A stretch of DNA of 64,000 nucleotides from IMG/VR virus record IMGVR_UViG_3300042539_001740; one strand, 5' to 3'. The translations under genes were made by a program, and so were the position numbers. Positions 1 to 10,207 of the stretch are shown here, one piece after another (position 1 is the first letter of the stretch; each line of letters opens with the position of its first letter). The stretch comes from a virus (Duplodnaviria > Caudoviricetes). The notes beneath the pieces were generated by a model, which was not told the origin of the DNA, did not search any database, and saw nothing but the letters and a program-made list of their open reading frames with translations.

Positions 1-3000
1 CAAATATCTAATGGTGGTATAGGAGAAAGTTGGCAAAATTATATCAGAGGAATTTTCAATACAAAATATATACGTAATCAAATTTCTAATTCTAGTTTCG
101 AATTTATTAAAAGTTCTGATTTTATTAGTAGAGCTACTGAACCTCAATTATCAATTGTTGACGAAGACAAACTACAAAATTTTATTGATGATTCTACCGC
201 AGGTAATAAAGTTGATTTTACTGACACTTTTCCATTTACAAATTTAAATTGGTGTAAAAATAATTTAGCTAATGGTGTTGGTGTATCCACAGTTAATCAA
301 GCTATGGATACGAAAGATGTTATATTTTATAATAAAAATAAAAAAGTTATAACTAATTTTAACCAAGATACGACCTTTAACCAAATCAGACCAATTACAC
401 ACTTTGTTTTTCAAAATGTTAGTGAACCATCAGTAACGGAAGATAATTTAAAGACATTTTTACAAAGTAGAACAACTGATTATAAGTTACAACTTATAAC
501 TGAAGGTAATGTTGATTATTCAAATTATAATGGAAATTTAGGTTTGGCTAATCAAACATCTTCTATGTTTAATACACCATACTTTACCAACTCAATACAA
601 GAAGCAATACAGAAGTTTAGGAATGGTGACCCCTACCCTTTTACTGTTCCCGCTTACTTGTTTTTGAATAGTTTACCATTAGCAACACCCAAAGAAAAAT
701 ATAAAAGTTGGGACTTTGGTGAAGAAAAAACATTGAGTTATATTTTTGCAAGTTTAAAAAAATATTCGGGTGTTCACAAAGTACCATACGCATGGTTATT
801 AAAATTAGGTTCTGTTTGGCATCGTTATAAAAAATATGTTGAAAGTACAAATAACTTTGATATATTGGATAACTCTTGGAAAAACTTTAATAGCTTAGTA
901 AATTATGACCCAGTTACATCAGCAGCAACTAAAACATATAGTTTGACAATTAATAATGCAAACGTTGACATAGTATTAGAAGACATCAATACAATCGGTG
1001 TGGGGACTGGTACAACTACTTCCGTAATTATGAATGTTGGATTTTATCCAAAATTAATAAATGACTTTAACGTTTTTTATCAAGGTTATGAAATAATTAA
1101 AAGTAACCAACAAATAAATGGTATTGCAAGAGTAACTGGTGGTACAATATTAACAATTTCATCAGTAAATTTAGACCAACTCACAATCGGTAACATTTTA
1201 GGTGGGACAAGTTTTTTAGCTGGTACTACAATCTTATCACAAATAAATGGAACACCTGGTGGTATTGGTCAATATACTATTAATTTACCACAATCAGTAA
1301 CTGACTCAAACTTTTTTATAACCAATTCACAATCCGTTGGATATTCAGATACTTTAATACAACAAGCGTTAAGTTCTGGTTTAACAATGGAATATGTTGC
1401 TGAAGCAATTATAAATGAAACAAACTCAGCAAGAAATCTCAATACTAAAATCATACCTTGGTCGGTGAGTGTTAAAACACCAGCGGGTAAATTTTGGTAT
1501 CAAATACCATCAAGTGGTAGTTTGTTTAATCAAACAAAATTGGAATGTTTTAAAAAGACATCAACAAATGGAATTTCATCAGTTGTAATTCCAGTTACTG
1601 GTAATACTGCAATTCATAATGGTGCTGTTAGAACCTTTTGGACTGCCCCAAATTATGGATATTTTGATAACAATAAATTAACTAAACCTTCATACGATTC
1701 GTATTTAAAATATATAAACCCATCAAGTGATGACCAAGAAAATTTTAGTTTCAGTCCAGTAACCCCATCAAAGATTGAGGAACTTTTATCAATATTCCCT
1801 AAAGATGTTTTGGATGGTTTCGAAACTGAGTTTTTAAAATTTTCACGTTCAGTTTATGACATTGAAAGTGATGGGTCAACAAATATACCAGGAGGTATAA
1901 ATGAAATACCATCTAAAGCTGCATTCAAAAATTTCCAAGCTTTGATGAGGGATATGATGAAAATACCTGTCATAACTGGTAATACAGGTGAGGAAATTGT
2001 ATCAACTATTCAAACAAGTCAATTTGAAAAAATAAATTCTTATCTTTCAGATTTTCTTCTCTATGATATCTACTTTAAATTTGGTAATCCATCAAATTAT
2101 GATAGGAAGTTATTTTTAACTTTTTCAAATGAAGAAGTTGTTGACCCCATCGTTTGGGAAAAGTATCAAATCATAACACCTAATAGTGTACCTGTAAATG
2201 GAAACCCAACTTTGTTATTTTCAGAGGTTAATTATCCTAATGTTTGGAAGGCTTTGAGAACCTATGTGGGATTTTCAACAATACAAGATATAAGTTATAA
2301 AAATAGTGGTTCATATATCACTGATTTCTTTGTTGATTTTAATGTTGCGTTTACGGAAGATAATGTTAAATCTTTTGCTCAAATTATCAAAATTTACGCA
2401 ACTCAGAAACTAAATCAGTTTCAAGTAAATCAAATTGAACCACCTCAGTCACCACCAACACAACCAACTCAGATTGTAGGTATAACTTATCTCAAAAACT
2501 TATTTACAATTAACATAGAATACTATGATGGTAAATATAGAACAATTTATAAGAACTCTGGTGGGACACCTCTATTTGAAAGTAAGTATGAAAGTATTCC
2601 ACTTTCATTGAGAGCAGCAAACAATTTTAATGTGACTGCAACAACAAATGTTTATTATTCGGCAATAACTAATCAAGTTATTGAAACTGCATATAATTCA
2701 TTATCTAATAATCCTAATGACCCGCAATATATTGTAAGACAAGAATTTGTTGAACCACAAACTTATACACCAACACCAAACACCACACAACAGAAAGGTA
2801 AAAATGCCTTTCAAACTGCTATGTCATCCTACTTGTCTCAAGTGGATAACTTTAGAGATAAGATTGTTAACAATTTGATACCAAAATTACAAAAATCTTT
2901 GGCCAATGTTAATATGACAGTTGAAGAACAGAAACCATCGAAGTTGACTGGTGAACCACAACCTAAAGTTGAATTATGGGAATCATTTAAAGCACTAAAT

Positions 3001-4998
3001 GATAAATGGATTTCTGGTAATGACTACAAAACTAAAACATTATTTGAGGATGTTTTATTATTGGATAGGGCAAATAAAAACATTGGGGAAGAAGTATTAA
3101 TTGATATATTTTCAATAAGTGACCAAATTACAAACATAAATGCTTCGGCTAGTTTGTATTCTTACGTTACGGGTATATTACAATTAAATCATTTTGTTGT
3201 ACTTACAATACCTAACTACATCAATTTTTACAATGTACAAGATGCGATTAAAGACCCAAAACCAAGATTGGAAGGTACTGCAGAATTTGCAAATACACTT
3301 TTTGGGACATTTTTAAATGTTGATTATAGAGAATCAACAGCTAAAATGGTTTGTACTTACGCAGGTAAAGCTAGTGAACAACCTGATGTTAAAAGTGTTG
3401 ACTTCAGATTTAGAAGTGATTCATTTGATTTGACTAGAGCAAGTGATAATCCCTTGGTTGAAAATCAAGTTGGTAAAAAAGATTGGGATAAATCAAATAG
3501 AGTAGTTGGATTTAATGTTGATATCGGTCCTCAAAATCAGGGTGTATTTAAAAACTTTAGTGTTGGTCAAAATTCATCTTTAGCAACATCAGAATCACTT
3601 CAGATTTTAAACCAAATGGCAAATCAAGGTGGAAACAGAGGTGGTGCAACACAAAGTGTATCCTTATATAATTTATATAAGAACAGAAGTTATACTTGTA
3701 ATATTGATATGTTGGGAAATGCTTTAATACAACCAACAATGTACTTTAATTTAAGAAACGTACCTATGTTTAGTGGTTCGTATTATATTACTTCAGTATC
3801 ACACAACATCACAGATTCAAGTTTTGAAACTAGTTTTGAGGGAGTTAGACAACCAGTACCAAATTTACCAAAGATTGATAATTACATACAAAATCTTAGA
3901 GCTAACTTGGTGAGTAAAATTACTGAATTGATTAAACAACAAAGTACAACAACTACAGTACAACAAAATACAAACGTTAATAGTGTTACAAATAATGTTA
4001 CAAGTAATGCTGGTAATGGTGCTTCACAACAAGTTTCTCAAACAACAAATGAAGCTTGTAAACCAGTTGAACAATATAGTAAATTTGTTAACAATACTAC
4101 ACCTACTGAGGTTACAATTAATTATCAAGATTTGATTAAAGAAATAAAAGGTCAATCTAATGATGATAAACTACTTTATACTATTTTCTTTTGGTCTTAT
4201 ACAAATTCATTCAATGGTAAAGATGGACTAAGAGTTATTGGAAATAATCCAGGTTATTTATCTATTGACCAATATTTTGGTACAATTGGAAATGAAAAAT
4301 ATTTCTGTACAACGAAAAATATTCCGTATGTTGAGTTTAGTTCGTTGTCAAATTATGTTGAGTTTCTTATTAAAAGATGGCAATCAAGGGTTATTACTTT
4401 ACAAAGTAATGGAGAACAAATCAATGTGGATGATTACGTTAAATTTGCTTATATAAATTCATTTGCTGATAGTGTTGGTAAAGGAACTGAGAGTTACAAT
4501 AAAATGGTTGGAACTAATGACTTTCAAAAATATAAGGATGACTTTAATAAAGCACTACAAATATTAAAACCAGCAACTAATGTTGTAACTCAAATTACAC
4601 CACCACCAGCACCGCCACAACCTTCGATTTTACAAGAAACAATTGTCACTGGTGGATTAGATGGTAGTTTCCAAAGATTAACTATACAAATAAAACCAAA
4701 TAGTGGTTTGTGGAAAATATTTGCAGTTAATTTGGATTGGACTTCATCAGCATTGTGTTCACGAAGTGGTAAAAATAAATCTATACCAGAATATATTAGT
4801 ACAGACCAACAATCAGTATTGATAAATAATACTGATTTAATATCACGAATTGGTTGTAGTGGTGTCTCTAGAAATGATTTTATTGGAACATACAATTTTG
4901 TGATTTGGGTTTACGTTAATCCTGTTTTAGCTGATGGTAGAACAGACCAAAACAGACAACAAGAAATAGGAAAATATCCGATACAGATTGTATTGTAG
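1..4998 (+). CDS. Large baseplate hub/tail structural protein, 5'-truncated by the window
   Basis: Frame 1 is open from base 1 through the ATG at 304. The segment YTCNIDMLGNALIQPTMYFNLRNVPMFSGSYYITSVSHNITDSSFETSFEGVR resembles the C-terminal part of gp27/gpD-like hub folds. Confidence 0.6.
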   Translation, partial: QISNGGIGESWQNYIRGIFNTKYIRNQISNSSFEFIKSSDFISRATEPQLSIVDEDKLQNFIDDSTAGNKVDFTDTFPFTNLNWCKNNLANGVGVSTVNQAMDTKDVIFYNKNKKVITNFNQDTTFNQIRPITHFVFQNVSEPSVTEDNLKTFLQSRTTDYKLQLITEGNVDYSNYNGNLGLANQTSSMFNTPYFTNSIQEAIQKFRNGDPYPFTVPAYLFLNSLPLATPKEKYKSWDFGEEKTLSYIFASLKKYSGVHKVPYAWLLKLGSVWHRYKKYVESTNNFDILDNSWKNFNSLVNYDPVTSAATKTYSLTINNANVDIVLEDINTIGVGTGTTTSVIMNVGFYPKLINDFNVFYQGYEIIKSNQQINGIARVTGGTILTISSVNLDQLTIGNILGGTSFLAGTTILSQINGTPGGIGQYTINLPQSVTDSNFFITNSQSVGYSDTLIQQALSSGLTMEYVAEAIINETNSARNLNTKIIPWSVSVKTPAGKFWYQIPSSGSLFNQTKLECFKKTSTNGISSVVIPVTGNTAIHNGAVRTFWTAPNYGYFDNNKLTKPSYDSYLKYINPSSDDQENFSFSPVTPSKIEELLSIFPKDVLDGFETEFLKFSRSVYDIESDGSTNIPGGINEIPSKAAFKNFQALMRDMMKIPVITGNTGEEIVSTIQTSQFEKINSYLSDFLLYDIYFKFGNPSNYDRKLFLTFSNEEVVDPIVWEKYQIITPNSVPVNGNPTLLFSEVNYPNVWKALRTYVGFSTIQDISYKNSGSYITDFFVDFNVAFTEDNVKSFAQIIKIYATQKLNQFQVNQIEPPQSPPTQPTQIVGITYLKNLFTINIEYYDGKYRTIYKNSGGTPLFESKYESIPLSLRAANNFNVTATTNVYYSAITNQVIETAYNSLSNNPNDPQYIVRQEFVEPQTYTPTPNTTQQKGKNAFQTAMSSYLSQVDNFRDKIVNNLIPKLQKSLANVNMTVEEQKPSKLTGEPQPKVELWESFKALNDKWISGNDYKTKTLFEDVLLLDRANKNIGEEVLIDIFSISDQITNINASASLYSYVTGILQLNHFVVLTIPNYINFYNVQDAIKDPKPRLEGTAEFANTLFGTFLNVDYRESTAKMVCTYAGKASEQPDVKSVDFRFRSDSFDLTRASDNPLVENQVGKKDWDKSNRVVGFNVDIGPQNQGVFKNFSVGQNSSLATSESLQILNQMANQGGNRGGATQSVSLYNLYKNRSYTCNIDMLGNALIQPTMYFNLRNVPMFSGSYYITSVSHNITDSSFETSFEGVRQPVPNLPKIDNYIQNLRANLVSKITELIKQQSTTTTVQQNTNVNSVTNNVTSNAGNGASQQVSQTTNEACKPVEQYSKFVNNTTPTEVTINYQDLIKEIKGQSNDDKLLYTIFFWSYTNSFNGKDGLRVIGNNPGYLSIDQYFGTIGNEKYFCTTKNIPYVEFSSLSNYVEFLIKRWQSRVITLQSNGEQINVDDYVKFAYINSFADSVGKGTESYNKMVGTNDFQKYKDDFNKALQILKPATNVVTQITPPPAPPQPSILQETIVTGGLDGSFQRLTIQIKPNSGLWKIFAVNLDWTSSALCSRSGKNKSIPEYISTDQQSVLINNTDLISRIGCSGVSRNDFIGTYNFVIWVYVNPVLADGRTDQNRQQEIGKYPIQIVL

Positions 4999-5021
4999 TT
5001 TTTTTTTTCAGTTACAACAGA

Positions 5022-5028
5022 TATTTAT
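5022..5028 (+). promoter_or_regulatory. TATTTAT motif, putative phage late promoter
   Basis: Lies 15 nt upstream of the ATG at 5044; the same motif precedes many structural genes. Confidence 0.55.
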
Positions 5029-5043
5029 ATAAAAACTAAAAAT

Positions 5044-5268
5044 ATGAGTGTAAAATTAATTTTAGATAATTACTTAGGTAAAAATACTAGAACCTCTGAA
5101 AAAGATATGGGGGATGGTACTAAACAAGTTTGTGATTTAGACACTGGTGAATGTTACACAGTGAGAATGAAAGATGGTCTTATTGAAAGAGTTGATAATA
5201 CAATGAGAACTCATAAAAAAATTCAAGTTGAAACAACAACAGGAATAAAACAACTATTAAATGGTTAA
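5044..5268 (+). CDS. Hypothetical protein (74 aa)
   Basis: Clean ORF with an A-rich leader, directly downstream of TATTTAT. Confidence 0.75.
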   Translation: MSVKLILDNYLGKNTRTSEKDMGDGTKQVCDLDTGECYTVRMKDGLIERVDNTMRTHKKIQVETTTGIKQLLNG

Positions 5269-5270
5269 TA

Positions 5271-5987
5271 ATGAAAACTGACTTAAGAATTTTAGAAGAA
5301 CTAAAGAGATATAATCAAATTAATAAATACATAAACGAACAAGAACTACCACCAGCACCAGGGGGAGAAGTTCCACCAGTACCTGGAGGGGAAATACCAC
5401 CAGCACCAGGGGGAGAAGTTCCACCAGCAGGTGATGTTCCAGCTCCAGCTCCTGATACTGCAGCAGGAGCACCTGCACCACCAACAGCACCACTACCTGA
5501 ACCAATTGACACAGAGTCCGACCCTGATGTTGAAAAATTAGGAGACGAAAAGAAAAAAGGTGATAAGGAAGAAATTGAAGTCACTGATTTAGTTAAAGGA
5601 CAAAAATCTGTTGAAGAAAAACAAGATGAATATTTCGAAAGTTTATTCAACCATCTCAATGATTTGGAATCCAAATTAAATGCTATGGATGGTATATTAG
5701 ATAGATTAAATTCTATTGAAACTAAAATTGAAAAATACAGAGTTAAAACACCTGAAGAAAAATTAGAACTTAGAACTTTAGATTCAGGTCCTTTTAACCA
5801 AAAATTAAGTAAGTTTTTTGAAGACAAGGAGGAGGAAATGGAAGCGAGTGGAAAAAATGAATATGTTTTAACCACAGACGAAGTTGAAAGTTATTCACCT
5901 AATGAAATTAAAAGAAGTTTCAGAGATTTTGGTGATACTGAGATGACTCCTGAAAATGACGTAAGTAAATTCAAAAAAATATATTAG
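5271..5987 (+). CDS. Pro-rich, acidic coiled-coil protein; possible head scaffold/internal protein
   Basis: PPAPGGE-type repeats, an acidic region, a heptad-like segment and an INEQE motif. Confidence 0.6.
   Translation: MKTDLRILEELKRYNQINKYINEQELPPAPGGEVPPVPGGEIPPAPGGEVPPAGDVPAPAPDTAAGAPAPPTAPLPEPIDTESDPDVEKLGDEKKKGDKEEIEVTDLVKGQKSVEEKQDEYFESLFNHLNDLESKLNAMDGILDRLNSIETKIEKYRVKTPEEKLELRTLDSGPFNQKLSKFFEDKEEEMEASGKNEYVLTTDEVESYSPNEIKRSFRDFGDTEMTPENDVSKFKKIY
5347..5430 (+). repeat. Imperfect 21-bp tandem repeat encoding PP(A/V)PGGE
   Basis: Near-copies of ccaccagcaccagggggagaa(gtt) are visible in the DNA. Confidence 0.75.
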
Positions 5988-5995
5988 AACTTAAT

Positions 5996-6024
5996 TTGAC
6001 AAACCCACGGCTGACACTTACTAT
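5996..6024 (+). promoter_or_regulatory. Sigma70-type promoter upstream of SSB
   Basis: TTGACA (5996-6001), 17-bp spacer, TACTAT (6019-6024); an additional TATAAT at 6029-6034. Confidence 0.55.
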
Positions 6025-6063
6025 TGTGTATAATATTTCTTAACAAAAAACTTTTTAAACATT

Positions 6064-6915
6064 ATGGCGACAAATCCATTAGATGCTATTTTAGCTCAGT
6101 ACGAACAATCACAAAAATCAGGTAGTAATACCAACAAAATGTCTCAAGATGAGAGAATGAAGAAATACTTCGCAGCTCTTCTTAAGGACAATGAAAAACA
6201 AGGACAAAAAAGATTAAGAATCCTTCCAACTACAGATGGAAGTTCACCTTTCAAAGAGGTGTGGTTTCACGAAATCCAAGTAGATGGTAAATGGCAAAAG
6301 TTCTATGACCCAGGTAAAAATGATAATGAGCGTTCTCCACTTACAGAAGTATATGAAGAACTTATGTCAACTGGTAGAGATGCCGACAAAGAACTTGCAA
6401 AACAATACAAACCTCGTAAATTTTACATTGTTAAACTTATCGACAGAGATAATGAAAACGATGGAGTTAAGTTTTGGAGATTCAAACACAACTACAAAAA
6501 CGAAGGTATCTTAGATAAACTTATTCCTATCTTTAGAGCAAAAGGTGATGTAACCGATTCTCAAAAAGGTAGAGATATTATCTTAGAGATGACCAAAGCA
6601 AAAACCCCAAAGGGTGCAACATATACAGTTATTCAAACTATTATGTATGATGACCCAGCTCCACTCCACGAAAACAAAGAAACAGCTGAAGGTTGGTTGA
6701 ATGATGAACTATCTTGGGCTGATGTTTACTCTAAAAAACCAGTAGAATACTTGGAAGCTATTGCCAAAGGTGAAACACCAAGATGGGATAGTGAAAAGGG
6801 TGGTTATGTTTATAGTAACTCAGATTCAGGTGAAGTTGTATTAGGTGGTAAATCCACACCAACTTATTTGGACGATTCTGATGATTTCGAACCAAGTGGT
6901 GACCTTCCGTTCTAA
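6064..6915 (+). CDS. T4 gp32-like single-stranded DNA-binding protein
   Basis: LRILP...PFKEVWFH...KPRKFYIVKLIDRD...KGRDIILE pattern and an acidic tail ending DLPF. Confidence 0.8.
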   Translation: MATNPLDAILAQYEQSQKSGSNTNKMSQDERMKKYFAALLKDNEKQGQKRLRILPTTDGSSPFKEVWFHEIQVDGKWQKFYDPGKNDNERSPLTEVYEELMSTGRDADKELAKQYKPRKFYIVKLIDRDNENDGVKFWRFKHNYKNEGILDKLIPIFRAKGDVTDSQKGRDIILEMTKAKTPKGATYTVIQTIMYDDPAPLHENKETAEGWLNDELSWADVYSKKPVEYLEAIAKGETPRWDSEKGGYVYSNSDSGEVVLGGKSTPTYLDDSDDFEPSGDLPF

Positions 6916-6931
6916 AAATATTTTTTAACCC

Positions 6932-6962
6932 GAACCCCATTAACAAAGTGGGGTTCATTTTT
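6932..6962 (+). terminator. Rho-independent terminator
   Basis: Stem gaaccccat / gtggggttc followed by a T run, just after the SSB stop. Confidence 0.75.
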
Positions 6963-6971
6963 AAATCCTAA

Positions 6972-7199
6972 ATGAAAATTCAAATTAAAATGATTGATGC
7001 TCTTGCTCTTAAATACGAGAGTGAGATAGCAGAGGCTGAGGCCACTTTATTGGTTTATTTCTCTAACTCAGTTGGTATTGGTGAACATCCACAACATTTA
7101 GAAGAAATGGACAAGTATGTTGAGAAAATGGCTAATGCTAAAGACAAGTTGGAAACACTAAAAGAATTTGTAAAATATAATTTAAACGATGGCAATTAA
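6972..7199 (+). CDS. Hypothetical protein (75 aa)
   Basis: Clean ORF overlapping the recA start; contains VGIGEHPQ. Confidence 0.75.
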   Translation: MKIQIKMIDALALKYESEIAEAEATLLVYFSNSVGIGEHPQHLEEMDKYVEKMANAKDKLETLKEFVKYNLNDGN

Positions 7200-8193
7200 G
7201 AAAACGGATTTCAGTAGTATTAAAAAGAAGTTCTCCACCTCAGCAAAGTACAAACAACAAAGATACTTTGACTTGGGTACTGAGTTCTTGGATGCTGTTG
7301 GATTACCAGGTCCTGCTGTAGGTCACCTAAATATGTTTTTAGGTCACTCTGATACTGGTAAAACAACTGCTTTAGTAAAAACTGCAGTAGATGCTCAAAG
7401 AAAGGGTATTCTACCTGTGTTCATAATCACAGAACAAAAATGGAGTTTTGAGCACGCAAAATTGATGGGACTACAATGTGAAGAAGTTGTGGACGAAGAA
7501 ACGGGTGAAGTTGATTGGGATGGTTTTTATATCTTCAACAATAACTTCGAATACATTGAACAAATCACAGATTATATCAACGACTTACTTGATGCACAAG
7601 AAAAAGGTGACCTTGAATATAGTTTATGTTTTATGTGGGACTCAGTTGGGTCAATTCCTTGTAAAATGACATTTGAAGGTAAAGGTGGTAAACAACATAA
7701 CGCCTCAGTTCTTGCCGATAAAATTGGTATGGGTATCAACCAAAGAATCTCAGGTTCTAGAAAAGCGGATTCAAAGTTTGAAAATACTTTGATTATCGTT
7801 AACCAACCTTGGGTTGAATTACCTGATAACCCATTTGGACAACCAAAGATTAAAGCTAAAGGTGGTGAAGCAATATGGTTGAACTCTTCTTTGGTATTTT
7901 TGTTTGGTAATCAAAAAGGTGCTGGAACAACCAAGATTACGGCAACTAAAGATAAGAGAAGTGTTAAGTTCGCTTCAAGAACAAAAGTATCTGTATTAAA
8001 GAACCACATTAATGGTTTGGGATATGATGATGGTAAGATAATTGTAACTCCCCACGGATTCTTATCAGGTAAAGATACAACAGAAGAAAAAGTTTCTATT
8101 GAAAAATATAAGAAAGAATACGCAGATTATTGGAAAGATTTATTAGGTTTGGAGGGAGATTTTGATTTGAAAGAAGAAAAAGAATATGAATAA
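7189..8193 (+). CDS. recA: RecA/UvsX-like recombinase
   Basis: Walker A GHSDTGKTT, Walker B-like MWDSVG, IIVNQ and GGEAIWLNSS motifs. Confidence 0.9.
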   Translation: MAIKKTDFSSIKKKFSTSAKYKQQRYFDLGTEFLDAVGLPGPAVGHLNMFLGHSDTGKTTALVKTAVDAQRKGILPVFIITEQKWSFEHAKLMGLQCEEVVDEETGEVDWDGFYIFNNNFEYIEQITDYINDLLDAQEKGDLEYSLCFMWDSVGSIPCKMTFEGKGGKQHNASVLADKIGMGINQRISGSRKADSKFENTLIIVNQPWVELPDNPFGQPKIKAKGGEAIWLNSSLVFLFGNQKGAGTTKITATKDKRSVKFASRTKVSVLKNHINGLGYDDGKIIVTPHGFLSGKDTTEEKVSIEKYKKEYADYWKDLLGLEGDFDLKEEKEYE

Positions 8194-9193
8194 ACTAAAA
8201 GTAATATCACTATTTTCTGGTTATGGTACACAAGAGTTGGCACTGAAATACATTGGTGCTAACTATGAAGATGTTGCAAATTGTGACATCCTTAAAGTTG
8301 CGAACATAGCTTATGATTCATTACACGAGACAACATTGGGTAACTTGGGGGACATATCAAAGGTAAACGAAGATAGTTTCCCCCAATGTGACCTGATGAC
8401 CTATTCTTTCCCTTGTCAAGATATATCAATATCAGGGGTACAAAAGGGTATTCAAAAAGGTACAAGAAGTGGTTTGTTATATGAAGTTGAAAGGATTTTG
8501 ACAAAGAACCAACCGAAGTATCTTTTGATGGAGAATGTTAAAAACTTGGTATCACATAATCACATTGAGAACTTCAAAGCTCATATTTCATTCTTAAATG
8601 AATTGGGTTATGGTTGTTCTTGGAAGGTATTGAATGGCGCCGACTTTGGTTGTCCACAGAATAGAGAGAGGGTGTTTATGATGTCCGTATTTGGTTTGAC
8701 AAATAATGAAGTTGAAACAATTATGAGTGGTGTTGAGAAACATAAGAAAGATAGAGTTCCTATGAGACCATTCATCGAAAATGAGATTACAGAGGACTTA
8801 TTTATCACTTGTGACATTACACCTAACCATCCCAAAAAAGATAGTGTGTGCAAACTTGTGGCAAGGAGAAACGATGTTAACTACGACCAAGCAAGACGAG
8901 TTTATTCGATTGATGGTTGTTCCCCTTGTTTAACAACAACTGGTTCACCACAGATTATGGTTGATGGAAGAATAAGAACTATCACAGGAAGAGAGGCTTA
9001 CAGATTTATGGGTGTTAGAGAAGAAGATATTGATAAACTATTATCAACAAGTTTAACAACTAATAATCATATTGCGTTGGCGGGTAACTCCATTTGTGTA
9101 CCAGTAATGGAAGCTATCTTTACCGAGTTCTTGGGTGAGTATATCACTCAAACGAAAGAAACAAAATCGTTCACACAATTAAGTTTATTTTAA
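8186..9193 (+). CDS. C5-cytosine DNA methyltransferase
   Basis: Motif I FSGYG, motif IV SFPCQ, motif VI MENVKNL, motif VIII PQNRERVF, motif X LAGNSI. Confidence 0.93.
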   Translation: MNKLKVISLFSGYGTQELALKYIGANYEDVANCDILKVANIAYDSLHETTLGNLGDISKVNEDSFPQCDLMTYSFPCQDISISGVQKGIQKGTRSGLLYEVERILTKNQPKYLLMENVKNLVSHNHIENFKAHISFLNELGYGCSWKVLNGADFGCPQNRERVFMMSVFGLTNNEVETIMSGVEKHKKDRVPMRPFIENEITEDLFITCDITPNHPKKDSVCKLVARRNDVNYDQARRVYSIDGCSPCLTTTGSPQIMVDGRIRTITGREAYRFMGVREEDIDKLLSTSLTTNNHIALAGNSICVPVMEAIFTEFLGEYITQTKETKSFTQLSLF

Positions 9194-10201
9194 ATGACAA
9201 AAACACTTGTTATTGATGCGAACAACTTGATGAAGATAGGCTTCCATGGCGTGAAAGATTATTATCATAATGGAAATCACATTGGGGGTATATGGCATTT
9301 TCTCAATACAACTAGAAGATTTATTGAAGAATATAATTTTGATAAAGTAATGGTTTTTTGGGATAACGAAGGTAATGCTAATAAACGAAAGTTAATTTAC
9401 CCCCAGTACAAAGAAAATAGAATCCAAGAACAAAATGAGTTTAAGGTTCAATCATTTACCTTTCAAAAAGAGAGGGTAAAACAATACTTGGAGGAGATGT
9501 TCATTCGTCAAGTGAACATAGAAAATAACGAAGCTGATGACTTGATTGCATATTATTGTCAGATAGCAACTGACGAGAAGATTACCATTTTTTCATCAGA
9601 TAAAGATTTAACCCAACTTATATCCAAGAATGTTTCCATTTATTCACCATCAGCCAAACAATTGTATAATTTTGGTGATAAAATTAAACTCAAGGAACAC
9701 GAGATTCCTCACAACAATATTTTGGTTTATAAAATATTAGCGGGAGATAAATCCGACAATATTGATGGAATATATTATTTGGGTGATAAAACTTTATTCA
9801 AATTATTTCCTGAACTACTTGAACAAGACGTAACTATTAACGATATTTTATCCAAGGCAGAAAATCTCCTTAAAGAAGACAAAGAAAATAACACTCTTAA
9901 AAATCTTTTGACAGGTAAGACAAGAACTGGAATTTATGGTGAAGAATTTTTTGAAATTAACCAAAAGATTGTAGATTTGTCAAACCCATTGATTGATGAT
10001 GAAGGGAGAGAAGTGGTTGAACTTTATTATAAAGAAACACTTGACCCTGATGGAAGAGGACATCGAAATCTAATTAAAATGATGATGGAAGATGGATTTT
10101 TTAAGTTCTTACCGAAAGGAGATGACGCTTGGGTTAATTTCTTAAAACCCTTTTTAAAACTTACAAGAAAAGAAAAACACAATTTTAAAACAAAAAAGTA
10201 A
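9194..10201 (+). CDS. 5'-3' exonuclease / flap endonuclease (T4 RNase H / PolI 5'-exo family)
   Basis: LVIDANNL, EADDLIA, SSDKDLTQL and GDKSDNIDGI motifs. Confidence 0.9.
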   Translation: MTKTLVIDANNLMKIGFHGVKDYYHNGNHIGGIWHFLNTTRRFIEEYNFDKVMVFWDNEGNANKRKLIYPQYKENRIQEQNEFKVQSFTFQKERVKQYLEEMFIRQVNIENNEADDLIAYYCQIATDEKITIFSSDKDLTQLISKNVSIYSPSAKQLYNFGDKIKLKEHEIPHNNILVYKILAGDKSDNIDGIYYLGDKTLFKLFPELLEQDVTINDILSKAENLLKEDKENNTLKNLLTGKTRTGIYGEEFFEINQKIVDLSNPLIDDEGREVVELYYKETLDPDGRGHRNLIKMMMEDGFFKFLPKGDDAWVNFLKPFLKLTRKEKHNFKTKK

Positions 10202-10207
10202 AACACA

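Noticed and set aside
4999-5008. Poly-T run after the hub gene as a terminator or slippage site
   Set aside because: No convincing GC-rich stem precedes it and it is intergenic, so I cannot support a function.
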